Assembly (NCBI GenBank): GCA_002104905.1
Contig: MCFE01000104.1
Coordinates: 62,001-126,000 of the forward strand
Length of the DNA stretch: 64,000 nucleotides
Reading direction: 5' to 3'
Source of the DNA: Basidiobolus meristosporus CBS 931.73
Taxonomy: Eukaryota > Fungi > Basidiobolomycota
The notes beneath the pieces are model-generated. The model made no database searches. It was not told the DNA's origin and saw only the letters and a program-made list of their open reading frames with translations. Numbering within the stretch: position 1 is the stretch's first letter; each line of letters begins with the position of its first letter. Below, in pieces: positions 1 to 11,415 of the stretch. The translations under genes and the position numbers were made by a program.

Positions 1-877
1 TTGGTTTAGTCCCCATCAAGGCCAACCCCAATTCCTTCGAGTTCAAGAAGGGTAAACCGTTTTGTTACTGAACTATCGGTAGTACAACGTTCTAATGTAG
101 CCCTCGAATTATAGCCAATGACAGTCCTACCGACTTGAACACCCTTGTCTTCAAGTTACACATCAAATGCGAATTCGACCCTCAGGACGACTCGAAATAC
201 ATCAACGAGAAGGTCTACTCTAACGCTTTGGTTTGGGATCCTAAGGGAGACCAGGCTGAAAGATTTGCCGAGGACCCAGTTCGTCCCGTATTTGACGATA
301 TCTTGCTCGCTAAGCTCAGACCAGGCCAGGAAATCGAGGCTGAACTCCATTGTGAGAAGGGTATTGGCAAAGATCATGCCAAGTACTCTCCAGTATGTAA
401 GTGCACATCGTCAACGCTATATCCTTGTGTGCGTGTCCTTATCTAGCCTTCTCTATAGCCACCGCTTCATACCGTTTGCTGCCCGAGATTATTGTCCAGA
501 AGGATATTACTGGAGAGCTTGCGGATAAGTTTGCCGCCTGCTTCCCACCTGGTGTTGTCGAGATAGTTGAGAAGAAGGGGGTTCGCAAAGCTGTCGTGGT
601 TAATCCCCGTAAGGATACCGTCAGCAGAGAGGTGCTTCGCCACGCTGAATTCAGGGATATCGTTAAGCTCACTCGAGTCAGAGATCACTTTATCTGTAAG
701 TTGCCTACGAACCTTCATCTACCAAACCACCCTCCTAACATCCACATCTTCGCAGTCAACATCGAATCCACCGGCATCATGACCCCTCCAGAGCTCTTCA
801 TCCAATCCGTGCAGGCATTGCTGAACAAATGTAAGGTTGTCAAACAGGCTCTGGCCAATATCAACCAAAGTAAGTAG
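1..877 (+). CDS. RPC40: RNA polymerase I/III subunit RPAC1 (AC40), 5'-partial, introns at 52-114, 397-458, 696-755
   Basis: Spliced translation GLVPIKANP...[43 protein letters not shown]...RVRDHFI-FNIESTG; GT-AG introns restore the frame. Confidence 0.95.
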
Positions 878-1322
878 TCCACCCAATATAATATTAGAAG
901 CGTCTATAGAGCGCCCAAGGTCCCTGGACGTAATTCTGTCGAGTCTCCTGTATAGATTTATTCATTATAAACACATAAATAAATATCATGGTTTTCGCCG
1001 TATGTGCATATATGTATCATCTGTGGTGTGATTCACTCTTCAACCTAATCTTATCTACAACACCTGATTCATGTGCACAAGCCTTATCTTGTGGATGTTA
1101 CCTTCTCAACCAATTACAGGCAACAAGAATTATATCTGCTCTAACTATCGGGTGGGGTCACATGGCACTATTCAAGTCGACCATCCCGAATTGTACGGGC
1201 ACTGAGCAGTTCATATATCTCGAATATACATATAAAGTAAAATGCCATTCACAGGAAATTGCCTTTAAAATCTTCTCCACCATACCACTCGCCAGCCCAA
1301 AACCACACCACAGCCGCGTTGA

Positions 1323-3103
1323 ATGTCGGAATACAACTTTAACGCTCCCCCCTTCTATCACCACGAGGCGCAAGTCGACGCCAACCTGAACAGGCAAAGT
1401 AATTACTATCCACAGACCCCTAATTTAAATCCGCCGGGAGACAATAAGCTCGAGGTAAGTGATGTGCAGGAAGGAAAGGATTCAAAAAAGAAGAGAGCTG
1501 GGCCCAAAAGGCGTAAGGTAACCCAAGGTTAGTATCTGACTGGTTTTTTCCGAGGTCACCTTAGCTAACTCTATTATCAAAGACTGACGCTCGTGTTGTT
1601 TGTAGCTTGTGTATACTGTCGACGCTCTCATATGACTTGTGATGATGGTACGGGGACTGCTTCTATGCTATGCACTTCTGTACGCGTCACTATTCAGGCT
1701 AGCCGAGTGTTCTAAGCCAACCCACTATTAGGCCGCCCCTGTCAGCGCTGTATCAAGAGGAATATTGGCCATTTATGTCACAACGAGAACAAGAATAACG
1801 TGACTAAGCCCCAGACAAGCCCAAGCAACGCTCAGCAGACCTCCACTGGTAGGTAAAATCCATATCGTCCCGACAAGAGCCCCCGATTAACAGTGTTTCA
1901 CAGCCTCCTCAGCAATAGACACCACTACCAAAAACTTGCCTTTCACGATGGATCAATTATCAAGCATGCCAGCTGCACCTCTCTCCTTTGCCAGCGAGCA
2001 TGTGGGGAACGAGTTCTCCGTCATTAGGTTTCGTGTTGCTTCGCGTAACGAATCCACCTTTGGAAGTACTGACCGGAGAACCGAATTTTCAGCGATTTCT
2101 TGGAAAGCCTAAAGGGAGCGCAGACCAGCTTTCCCGCGGCCGATACGCCGATCAACACTACAGAAAAGTTCTTCCTCACTGCAGCGGACCCATCGGATGG
2201 CACATTCGAGGATCGACTGACTGAGATCATCAGCGCGAAATTCGAGGCAGGTCTTCTCAAGCCGTACAATTACGTCAAAGGCTACGAACGGTTGCAAAGA
2301 TACATGGACCTGCAGTAAGATCAGATATTTGGCCAGTCTATCCATTGGACATGTCTAATCGCTATCTGTGCAGCATGTCCTATGCGAGCAAGCAACGGAT
2401 CGTCAGTGTGATGGGAACATTCAGGCCTGCATTCCGTGCCATTGCTCAGTCGCTGACAGATATTGATCTTGTCCTGGTTGAAGAGGCATTTGAGCGTCTA
2501 CTCTTGGTATGATAACACGTCAAAGCTCTAAAATTCAGGGTTGCTGATTTCTCCGTCAATCTCGCAAGGACTACGACCGGGTCTTCAGCTCGATGGGGAT
2601 CCCGGCCTGTTTATGGCGTCGAACAGGTGAAATCTACAAAGGCAACAAAGAGTTTGCTTACCTTGTTGGCATACCCATCGAAATGCTGTGCGAGGTAAAT
2701 ATTTTTTGTAGCTGACTTGAGGTAGATACTAACGTTGGCGGGGCTTTCACAGGGAAAACTGTGTATTTATGAGGTATTGGAGAGTTCCCGATCGATGCTC
2801 ACTTGATGGTGTCTCACCGATTCGTTTCGTTTAGCTAATGACCGAAGAGTCGGCAGTCAACTACTGGGAGGTATGCATTCAAACCAATGTCCACCTTAAG
2901 CATTGACGCTAACCAATCAGTCGCAGAAATATGGAAACATTGCTTTTGACGCCGGACAGAAAGCAGTCTTGACGTCGTGCTATCTGAAGAAACCCGAAGA
3001 TATCGATGGTAACGCCATGTCATGCTGCTTTTCATTCACAATACGCCGAGACAAATACAACATGCCCACAGGGATAGTCGGCAACTTTCTCCCAGCAACT
3101 TGA
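1323..3103 (+). CDS. RDS2: Zn(II)2Cys6 transcription factor with C-terminal PAS-like region, RDS2/AcuM family (multi-exon)
   Basis: Spliced Zn cluster KRRKVTQACVYCRRSHMTCDDGRPCQRCIKRNIGHLCH; family blocks EKFFLTAADPSDG, GLLKPYNYVKGYERL, IPACLWRRTGEIYKGNKEF, CCFSFTIRRD. Confidence 0.88.
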
Positions 3104-3214
3104 CCGAAATGGTTGACTTTTATGTATAGCAATGTTCTCTTTTTCGTGTGTTTCAACTCCAAATAAAACAGTTCTCATACAACAATGGCAGATTGCCGCA
3201 ACATGAATGAAGAA

Positions 3215-3902
3215 TTAATCGTTCGATATAACATGGATAACAATCTTCTTGATGACACTCGTAAGTTCAGACAGCTCGTACGGGCTCCCGATAGGGGGAA
3301 CATGAACAAAGAGTACTCTTTTTTGCGGTTGCTCGTGGCTCTCTGTAGACACGATACTTTCAGCCATTGAGCAATAATACGTATACTCACAAAGATACCT
3401 TCCAGCGTTGTTGCTGGAGCTTATCTCATATCCAGTTTCCGAGGACAGCTCCTCGACTAGCTTTTCAACGTTCACAAGAGTCGTCAACGCATCGTGATTA
3501 TATCGGGGGCACTTTCCCTCGCTCGGCGCGCACTTTGCATTATCCAAGCGCTTGTATCCAGTTTGATGGGCCAAGGTTTCAACTCGAATGGAACCAGGGC
3601 GACCTTGTCCTATATGGATGTAATAGGTGTAAGGCTTGTCAGGAGAATGGAGGGTCGGGATTATGTCGAGCACAGGACCGTACTCCACTGGAAGTTCGCA
3701 TATCCCTAGCTGTGCTTCTGTGGAATTGGATGCTTCCAAAACGACCTCATCTAGCGCTTTAATACACTCCCAAGAAGGGTTAACCTCTGGAAGCGGCTCG
3801 CCAAAGGGCTGTTCATCAGGAATCAGAGGGTGAATATAAAGAGAGGTCAGAAAGAAGAGGGTCTACCTGAAATCCAGTCAAAAGAACGTGTTTTCTTTTC
3901 AT
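3215..3902 (-). CDS. Pyroglutamyl-peptidase I (peptidase C15); exon 1 3902-3867, exon 2 3808-3215
   Basis: MKRKHVLLTGFQ-PFGEPLPEVNPSWE, ELPVEY, IHIGQG, RVETLAH, NAGRYLCEYTYY (catalytic Cys), VLFVHVP (catalytic His). Confidence 0.9.
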
Positions 3903-4215
3903 TGCTATCCTAGAAACTGGACCGATACTATCGTCTATCAGTACTAGCGTATGCTCACAAATAGGTTCCCAGTCACCGCTGTTGATGGTTACACCTGTTT
4001 CATGAATACGGGAATCATCCCTCATGTTGGCAATAGTGGATACAAATTTAGAAAAACCCACACCAACCCAAATATATATGCTCTGAAGTGGATGTTTATA
4101 ATGGCGAGCGGTGGGGGATATACTTTATTGGGATGTTCACAAGAAATAATCAATTATATTACAAACAGGAGGAAATGGACATTATGAGGACTGACTCTAT
4201 GGTTGGTTACGAAAT

Positions 4216-5625
4216 TTAGGAATAGTTCTGTCGCATCGGGTGGGGACTTTCCTCGAACTTGGTTTCGGGAAGATTCTCCTCTTCCATGCGCTTCTGCTCA
4301 GCGAGGACCTCGTTGGGATCCGTGTCAACTCCCTGGCGCGTTCCCCATGCGGTGACGTGGAGGGTGAAGAGAGAATAGATCTTCATGATGGCAAAGTAAT
4401 AGCCGAACACCAACCACGCTGGAACATAGATAATGTCTTGCGGGCGGCGGAAAAAGTGGGGGATGAGCTTGATCACACGTGTACACAACAGCCAAACCAC
4501 ATAAGAAATAAGAACGTTCCAAATAGGCAAATGGAAGTCATTGGGACTTGGTGGGCGTCCACGCACACGATGGGGGTTATCGATGTCAATCATGGAGTTG
4601 TCGATGGTTCTGGGGTTGACTGATTTGTAACACATGTAGCCAACAAGCGCAGGCCCAGCCAGGAGGGTGATGGGGTTGAAGAACTTGTCAAGCATAGTGA
4701 AGGCGACAAACGGGTATCTGTACCAAATGACTCTCTCAGTAATCAAGGAACGAATGTCAGAACGCCATGTGTTTCGGGTCCACCGCAAAACCTGCTTGAG
4801 GAAACGCCAGTTGTTCTTGAATGTGGACAGCAGCTCCGCTTCAGGACATGCCTGGATGTAAGTGTTCCATCCGTGTCTCACGACCCAACGAGTCAAGAAT
4901 TTGTCATCGCCAGAGTTCAGTTGATATTTGCCCAGCCAGAAATCGTTGGTAAAGTTGTGGATAAAGGCCGGATCCTTCAAAATACATGTTCTGTAGCATG
5001 CAGTACGCCCTGAGAGACAGCAGACTCCTCCATCGATATGGGTGGAGGATGCGACCTCGATATTTCTCTGGGTCAACCGGAATCCTGCCAACACCTCCCA
5101 GACAGTTTGCCGCTTACCCACCGCCTTGACTCTCTGGGAAGTGCCGACGCCACCCATCTTGGGATCTTCAAAACAAGCCAGAATGTACTCCAGGAGGGTA
5201 GGTGGCCAGATAGCATCATCATCAGCAAACACCAGGATCTCGGTTGTTGTGTGTCGGATACCCTCAACCATCTGCAACCGCTTGTTGGCCTTGGGCACGG
5301 TGAAGACCTTGATTTTCTCCGGATTGACTGAATCAGCAAGCTCCTGGAGTGGGCCCAGCATTTTGGTTTCCGTGATAATAATGATTTCCTTGGGGTTGTT
5401 GGCAAGCCAGGAGTGAGCAGCTTCCTTGAACTCTTCACCAGCGTCGATGGTTGGAACGATGATGGTTACATCATCCTGGGCAGTGTATGTGGGGTTAGGG
5501 AGAGGCTTGATGGGCTTGTACACCCACCAGGCAGAGAGCTTTATGAGGAACCATAGGTAACGGTAAAGACCGATGATACCGAAAGGTACGAAGACAGGGA
5601 ATTTGTCGGAGGTTAGGTACAACAT
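4216..5625 (-). CDS. Processive GT2 glycosyltransferase, Cps1/hyaluronan-synthase-like polysaccharide synthase (intronless, 469 aa)
   Basis: TIIVPTID, FADDD, CLSGRTACYR, SGDDKFLT and QVLRW (QxxRW) motifs; N- and C-terminal TM helices. Confidence 0.85.
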   Translation of the reverse strand: MLYLTSDKFPVFVPFGIIGLYRYLWFLIKLSAWWVYKPIKPLPNPTYTAQDDVTIIVPTIDAGEEFKEAAHSWLANNPKEIIIITETKMLGPLQELADSVNPEKIKVFTVPKANKRLQMVEGIRHTTTEILVFADDDAIWPPTLLEYILACFEDPKMGGVGTSQRVKAVGKRQTVWEVLAGFRLTQRNIEVASSTHIDGGVCCLSGRTACYRTCILKDPAFIHNFTNDFWLGKYQLNSGDDKFLTRWVVRHGWNTYIQACPEAELLSTFKNNWRFLKQVLRWTRNTWRSDIRSLITERVIWYRYPFVAFTMLDKFFNPITLLAGPALVGYMCYKSVNPRTIDNSMIDIDNPHRVRGRPPSPNDFHLPIWNVLISYVVWLLCTRVIKLIPHFFRRPQDIIYVPAWLVFGYYFAIMKIYSLFTLHVTAWGTRQGVDTDPNEVLAEQKRMEEENLPETKFEESPHPMRQNYS

Positions 5626-6568
5626 GTTAACCTAAAGTCGGAGTGACAAGAGGCAACGATACAATAAATGAGATGGCTTTTTTTCAACTGCGCGACCCTA
5701 ACGCAGTATTTAAGTTGACCATACGTTTGCTTACCGACGATGCCCCAATTGGAATATAAAAGGAAACAAATTACAATGAGTTATCGCCTGTTGGAACTGA
5801 TTGTGAAACCTTAATTTGAAGCTCTTCTGTGCTACATTCCCGACTCTAATGGTAGTATCTTGGCATCTTTGGAGTAACGAACCATGGATTTGTCTGCATA
5901 TGGAAGGGATTCATATAGCCGGAGAGCTTCAGAATGTATTAACCTCAATTCAGTTCTATATTGAGAGGGCTCAGTGTAAAAATAGTTTTCCGGCACTCTA
6001 GCTCCGATCGCCCTCCAATGTCAATATTTTCTATTAGGGACTCGATCCTATGATATAGGTATTGCAACATGACTAGCACGAGCTGGTTGGCCTCTCTATA
6101 TGAAAGCTTGCCACATAAGGATGCATCGCCATGCATTGGGCTATTTTTGACCACTGAATGGCCAGACGATCATAAATTACGCCACTTATCTCTCGATCTT
6201 GCTGGCAGGAGCTCGCTACGTAGGTATCGTTGACGCCCTGCATCTATTCTCGAAGTCGATGATTTGATTCCATCGAATCGCCTCAGGTGTATGGGAGTAT
6301 GACGAATCGATAGTTTACTACCTGTTCACAGCCAGTATTTTAGGCGATAATATGCTTACAAAAACATCCCTTCCATGCATTGGCCTTGGACTTGACCTAG
6401 ATCCCACATATTTGGCGGCCCGTCAAGTGCTCGATTCCCCTATGCAATGAATCGATGTTTATGGACAAATTTGGGTTTGGGTTCCTCCAAGTCAGATGAT
6501 TTGCGTACAAGCATTTGAAAGTGTATTCAAGAGTGCAGGTTTATTCGTTTATGAAAGTAGCGAGACAC

Positions 6569-7078
6569 TTATTGTTGGCGAGTTCCACGGAATTCGGGTC
6601 TGAAGTCGCCAGAGGCACCCTCCTTCTTGGCACCATCATCACGACGTCTGTAACCCTCGCGGTCACCACGAGGTCCTCTGAATGGACGATCACCGTCTTG
6701 ACGAGGTCTGATTCCGACGGGTCTGGCCGACTTCTTCATGGTGGCGGGGACGATCTCGGCAGGCAAGTGCAAGAATTCTCTGAGATACTCAATACCCTCG
6801 TTGGTCAAGAAGTAGTAATAGTGTTGCCACGAGAACTGGGTCTTGACGTAGCCGCGGGAGTTGAGGGATTGCAAGGCCTTGATGACTTGAAGGTTGGGGA
6901 CATCAAGTTCGTCATGCTTGGCGGCGTTGAAGTCTTTCTTAGCGACCATAACACCCTCTACAAACAAGAATTAGATGAGCCTCGAGAAGCAACGTGTATT
7001 CAAACCCAAGCTAGCTAGGTGCGTACCCTTGAAGAGGCTTTCGTAGATAAGCTTTCTGTTCTGTTTGGGAATAAGCAT
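6569..7078 (-). CDS. RPS10: 40S ribosomal protein S10 (eS10); intron 7026-6958
   Basis: [28 protein letters not shown]...[30 protein letters not shown]. Confidence 0.97.
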
Positions 7079-7522
7079 GATGTGCGATGTAACTACAGGA
7101 TACGTATATGTTCGGTTAGACTCTGGTGGTTGGTTGCTGTGTTTGTGTGGTGCAAACAGATGGATGGATTGGTTGGGAAATGGATTGCTACTGACTGACC
7201 TTAGTTTAGAAAGGGAATTCCGAGTTACAGTTAAAGAGGGAGCACACTTCCTCACAAAACACAATAATTTAAAGAACCACACATGATCATTCCTAGCGAA
7301 CTTAGATCATTGGCTCTTAGTGATCGAACAGTTTAAACAAACATTAAATCGGAATCCCCACTACTTTAACACAAAATCGTGGTTTCGCGAAATGCCAATT
7401 GGTTCACTAATATACTGATTTATTGATGTAAAAGTAGGGCTTTGAACAATGAATGGTTTCTAGAGCTAATATACAACTAAATGCTGGCCGATCCTGTTCA
7501 AGAACTCGCACCAACCCCGAGA

Positions 7523-8677
7523 TTACAGCTCATTCCCGATGGTGACCCAGTAGTCTCGAAGATTGTTCTTTCTCCCAAAGATCTCGAGGTACTTGCCGTT
7601 TGGAACGAGCTGCTCAATCATTTCATAGAGCTCCTCTGGCTTTTGACTCTGTCCGCGTCTCTCCGAAAAAATAACGTCTGAACAAACGGAGTGACGACAG
7701 TTGGGTGGGTCTTCACCCTTTGAATGTTGGGAGAACGATTAGTCAACAGAGCTCCACTCACCAAAAGGTAGAGAAAAGGTTACCTTCTTGCCTATTAAAC
7801 ATGTTTCTTTAGCATGCTGAAGATAATAACCATGTCCTTTGGCCATTCTTCTATTGACGGTTTGTTTGACCCAGGTGATATCATCCACATATCTTGAAAT
7901 CGAGTCAGCCGTGTTAGGTGGATATGCATGTGGTATCAAGTGACAATTGACTCATACCTATACCCCCACTTGGCCATAAGTTCGAAAGCTTTGACATACT
8001 TGTTATTAATCACCCATATAAATATGAACCCATTTTTCTGAAGAAGAGGAATGGGTAACTCCTCGATGCACACATCAGGCAGCTGTTGGTAGCCAATGGC
8101 GACCTGTCCAAAACGGTCTGGTTAGAAGCGATTCTAGTACTCGGTGGAGGTGCAACTCTCTCACTTACACCGCGAGTCGGTGCATGAGTGGCAAGTTGCC
8201 ACGGTGGATCCATAAGAATGACATCGAATTGAGCGGCCTCAGCTAATCTCTAGAAGTCGACACAGAATTAGTATCTTTCCGCTACCTCCTATATTGCAGA
8301 CCAATACATACTTTCCACTCGAACGTCATGACGTTAGCTTTGATAGGGACACACCATTCAGGTGCCTCAAACTCCTCAAGATCGATCTCTTTATGAAAAC
8401 GGTGAGTACTTCAACCAACCCCAACCAAAGCCATCCTCTGAACAATACCTTCTTCGCCTCCTTCTCCCTCGTTCTTGCTACCGTCTGTTTCGCCACGTTG
8501 CTCTCGTTCCAACTTTAGGATCTCTTCTTTCAAGCTATCGATACGTAGTCGCAAGCTCGTTTCTTTGGCGAGTAGCTCGCGAAGGTCTTCGTCGACCTCG
8601 TCACTTTCGATGTAGTCTTCACTTTCCTCCTCAAAGTCCCCATTATCTGAGGAAGGTGGCTGGGCGTACGAAGGCAT
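7523..8677 (-). CDS. MTA1: MT-A70 family N6-adenine methyltransferase, MTA1/AMT1 clade (predicted DNA 6mA writer); 6 exons
   Basis: Spliced product: FDVILMDPPWQLATHAPTRG-VAIGYQQLPD...GFIFIWVINNKY...WGYR-YVDDITWVKQTVNRRMAKGHGYYLQHAKETCLIGKK-GEDP...SDVIFSERRGQSQKPEELYEMIEQLVPNGKYLEIFGRKNNLRDYWVTIGNEL*. DPPW at 8199-8210. Acidic/coiled-coil N-terminus. Confidence 0.9.
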
Positions 8678-9092
8678 TGCCGTAATAGGGTTGCTGTACA
8701 CTTGGCTTCGACAAACGATTATTTCGGTGCACGTAAGTAACTTCCGATTTTTTGTCAAGCTGTTTTGTAAACAAACAACACAATATAGGCTCCGATAAAA
8801 TCACGTGACAGACCCCTCAACCCAAACCCATAGCTTTGGCTACGATTTGAATCATTGTATAGATTAGCATGGTATCAGTTTTTTATCATTATTTATGAAA
8901 TGATTTACGCGGATCGCTTGAAAGTTCGGTTTACAAAAGTTCGAAATTTATTTGGATGCGAGGGTTGAATGATGTGAGGAGTTAGTAACCCCTCGAATAG
9001 TGAGTGGATGCAACAAATTAACTGACATTACTATCATGTTACAACATGTCCGAGGTCAATAGCGCAACTAATTACTTGGAAAATGGGTCAGT

Positions 9093-10490
9093 TTACAATC
9101 TAGCCAACAAGTTTCCCAAAGGCTTGGCGGAGAACAACTGGGCGGTGGATTTGTCGTAAACGTTGCGACCACGGACGAAGGTCTTCTTGACGGCACCGTG
9201 AAGGGTCATGTTTTCGTAGGGGGTGACCTTGTTCTTGAAGTGAATCATCTTCTTATCAACGACGAAGGTCTCTTCTGGGCTCCAGATAACGATATCAGCA
9301 TCGGATCCAATTTGCAAGCGACCCTTGCGGTTCAAAATACCGGCATGACGAGCAGTGTTTTGGGACAACCAACGGGTCAAATCTTGGAGGGTACACCCGC
9401 GTCTCTTGGCTTCGGTCCAGAGAAGGGAGAGTCCGAATTGAAGGGAGGAGATACCACCCCAGGCAGCAGTGAAATCCCCGCTGTCGAAGCGCTTGAGTTC
9501 AGGAGTGCATGGTGAGTGATCAGAGACAACGTAGTCGATGGTTCCATCGAGAAGAGCTTCCCAAAGCAACTCGCGGTTGGAGCCTTCACGAATAGGTGGG
9601 CAGCACTTGAAGTGAGTGGCACCGTTGATGATATCTTCAGCGTTAAGAGTCAAGTAGTGATAGCAAGTTTCGACGGTCAACTTGACACCCTCAGCCTTGG
9701 CCTTGCGGATCATGGGGAGAGCCTCGGCAGAAGAAAGATGAACAATGTGGGCACGTACATTGGGGAAATCTTTGCAAACACGGATGATCATCTCAATGGC
9801 CTTCACTTCCAAAGCGTGAGGGCGGGATTGCAAGAAAGTCTGGTAGGCAGATGGGTCGGTGCTTTGTGGGGCGGCGGTCTCATGAGAATGGTCGTCGCAC
9901 TCCATTTCGGCGTGGAACATGAATACATTGTCGGTACCATCGAATTCGGCAAAGGCCTTACGGACTTCCTCCTCGTTAACACATGGGAACTCGTCAACAC
10001 CAGATTCAATCAAGAAGCATTTGAAACCGCAGACACCGGCGGCAATCATTGGACGTAGTTGGTCAGCATTTCCAGGAATGACACCACCGTAGAAGCCAAC
10101 ATCAACCCAGGCTTGGGGCTTGGCAGCTTCCTTCTTGGTGTTAAGGTTTTCCAAGGTGGTGGTGGGAGGGATAGAGTTCAAGGGCATGTCAATCACAGTA
10201 GTCAAACCACCAGCGGCAGCGGCTCTGGTAGCGGTATCGAAACCTTCCCAGTCGGTTCTACCAGGTTCGTTCAAGTGAACATGGGCATCGATGACACCAG
10301 GCATAATAAGGTCGTCACCAGCATCCACGAAATCTTTATCCTCAATGCCAGGGAAATCAGCTTTGGTGGAGCGCTTGTTAGTGATCTTAACGATACGACC
10401 AGTCCATGGATCTACATGAATGGTGGCTGGCTCTACTTTGGATGTGGAATCGAAAAGAACACGGTTACCAGTGAAAATAATGGCCGACAT
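9093..10490 (-). CDS. DAL1: Allantoinase (amidohydrolase), intronless
   Basis: IDAHVHLNEPGRTDWEGF, VIDMPLNSIPP, GFKCFLIESG, FHAE, HIVHLS, ETCYHYL, KCCPPIR, SDHSPC. Start taken at MSAIIF (10490). Confidence 0.95.
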   Translation of the reverse strand: MSAIIFTGNRVLFDSTSKVEPATIHVDPWTGRIVKITNKRSTKADFPGIEDKDFVDAGDDLIMPGVIDAHVHLNEPGRTDWEGFDTATRAAAAGGLTTVIDMPLNSIPPTTTLENLNTKKEAAKPQAWVDVGFYGGVIPGNADQLRPMIAAGVCGFKCFLIESGVDEFPCVNEEEVRKAFAEFDGTDNVFMFHAEMECDDHSHETAAPQSTDPSAYQTFLQSRPHALEVKAIEMIIRVCKDFPNVRAHIVHLSSAEALPMIRKAKAEGVKLTVETCYHYLTLNAEDIINGATHFKCCPPIREGSNRELLWEALLDGTIDYVVSDHSPCTPELKRFDSGDFTAAWGGISSLQFGLSLLWTEAKRRGCTLQDLTRWLSQNTARHAGILNRKGRLQIGSDADIVIWSPEETFVVDKKMIHFKNKVTPYENMTLHGAVKKTFVRGRNVYDKSTAQLFSAKPLGNLLARL

Positions 10491-11415
10491 TTTCCAGCAC
10501 AAAACTTGAGATTGAATTTGCACACCGGTCAGGGAGAAAAAGGCACCCTTTTGTAAGAATTTTCAGGGCTAGTGACGTAAATGGATGAGGGTGGGGAAGA
10601 ATCTTCATATTGACATCAAGATGAATACTGTATATCGGGTATCTCATGGATTATCCATCTACGATGTCCATCAGTCTGGAAATAATTTTTCATTTTTGCA
10701 ATATATTTTAGATGTCACGTGCATTGATAATCTTTGTATGACTCTGATTGAAGCCAGTCACAGTGTAAAATGGGGTATTTCATTAGGATTATCTGCAACC
10801 ACAAACCCCACTAAACTGAAAAGGGCGTTTTTGTTCCAAATTACTTCTCCCGTACAAAGATTCTGCAACTCTAAGCATTGGCCTGTGTGAAGTTTGTCAC
10901 CTTAACGTTACCACCATTCTGTGGGAGGAGTGTATACGAAGGAGTGTTTCGATGACTCATGTAATCCAGTAGATTTCTGAGAAGTAAATCCCAACATCCC
11001 GTGAATCATGCATCGCATCGCTGAAATGGAACAAGTATTCATTGATTCAGTTTTGGCTACTACGTCAAACCACGAAGTACGTATTGGTTTATTTACGTGA
11101 TTGATTAATGCGATTTTCTAAACAAAGTTCACCAGCTGCGGAACACGTCCGCACCCAAAACTTGACCCTGTCCAAACCCTCAAATAAGTGATCGCATGTC
11201 TGGGCTGTTGGATTGCTGGGTGTTCACTCACTGGGTAAGCAATGCTATGTTTGCGTATTTTCGATCAATGAATGTCTGCTACAAGAGATAAGCCTTAAAA
11301 TAGCAAGCTGCGCTAATAATACCGTAGTTTTCCGTAACTTTTCGAGCCCTATATATTCAGGTATGTTGATACTGCTCCTTTCAAGCTCCCCATTTTTCAC
11401 CCTCAACACTAAGCC

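Noticed and set aside
6401-6408. Isolated ATCCCACA motif
   Set aside because: No RNA-gene features 56-62 nt downstream; an 8-mer with one degenerate position is expected a few times by chance in 64 kb on both strands.
9198-10556. Long antisense ORFs over DAL1 (similarly over the GT2, NDUFV1, Nup58, CoA-transferase and SMAP genes)
   Set aside because: Shadow ORFs caused by codon bias or low complexity on the sense strand.
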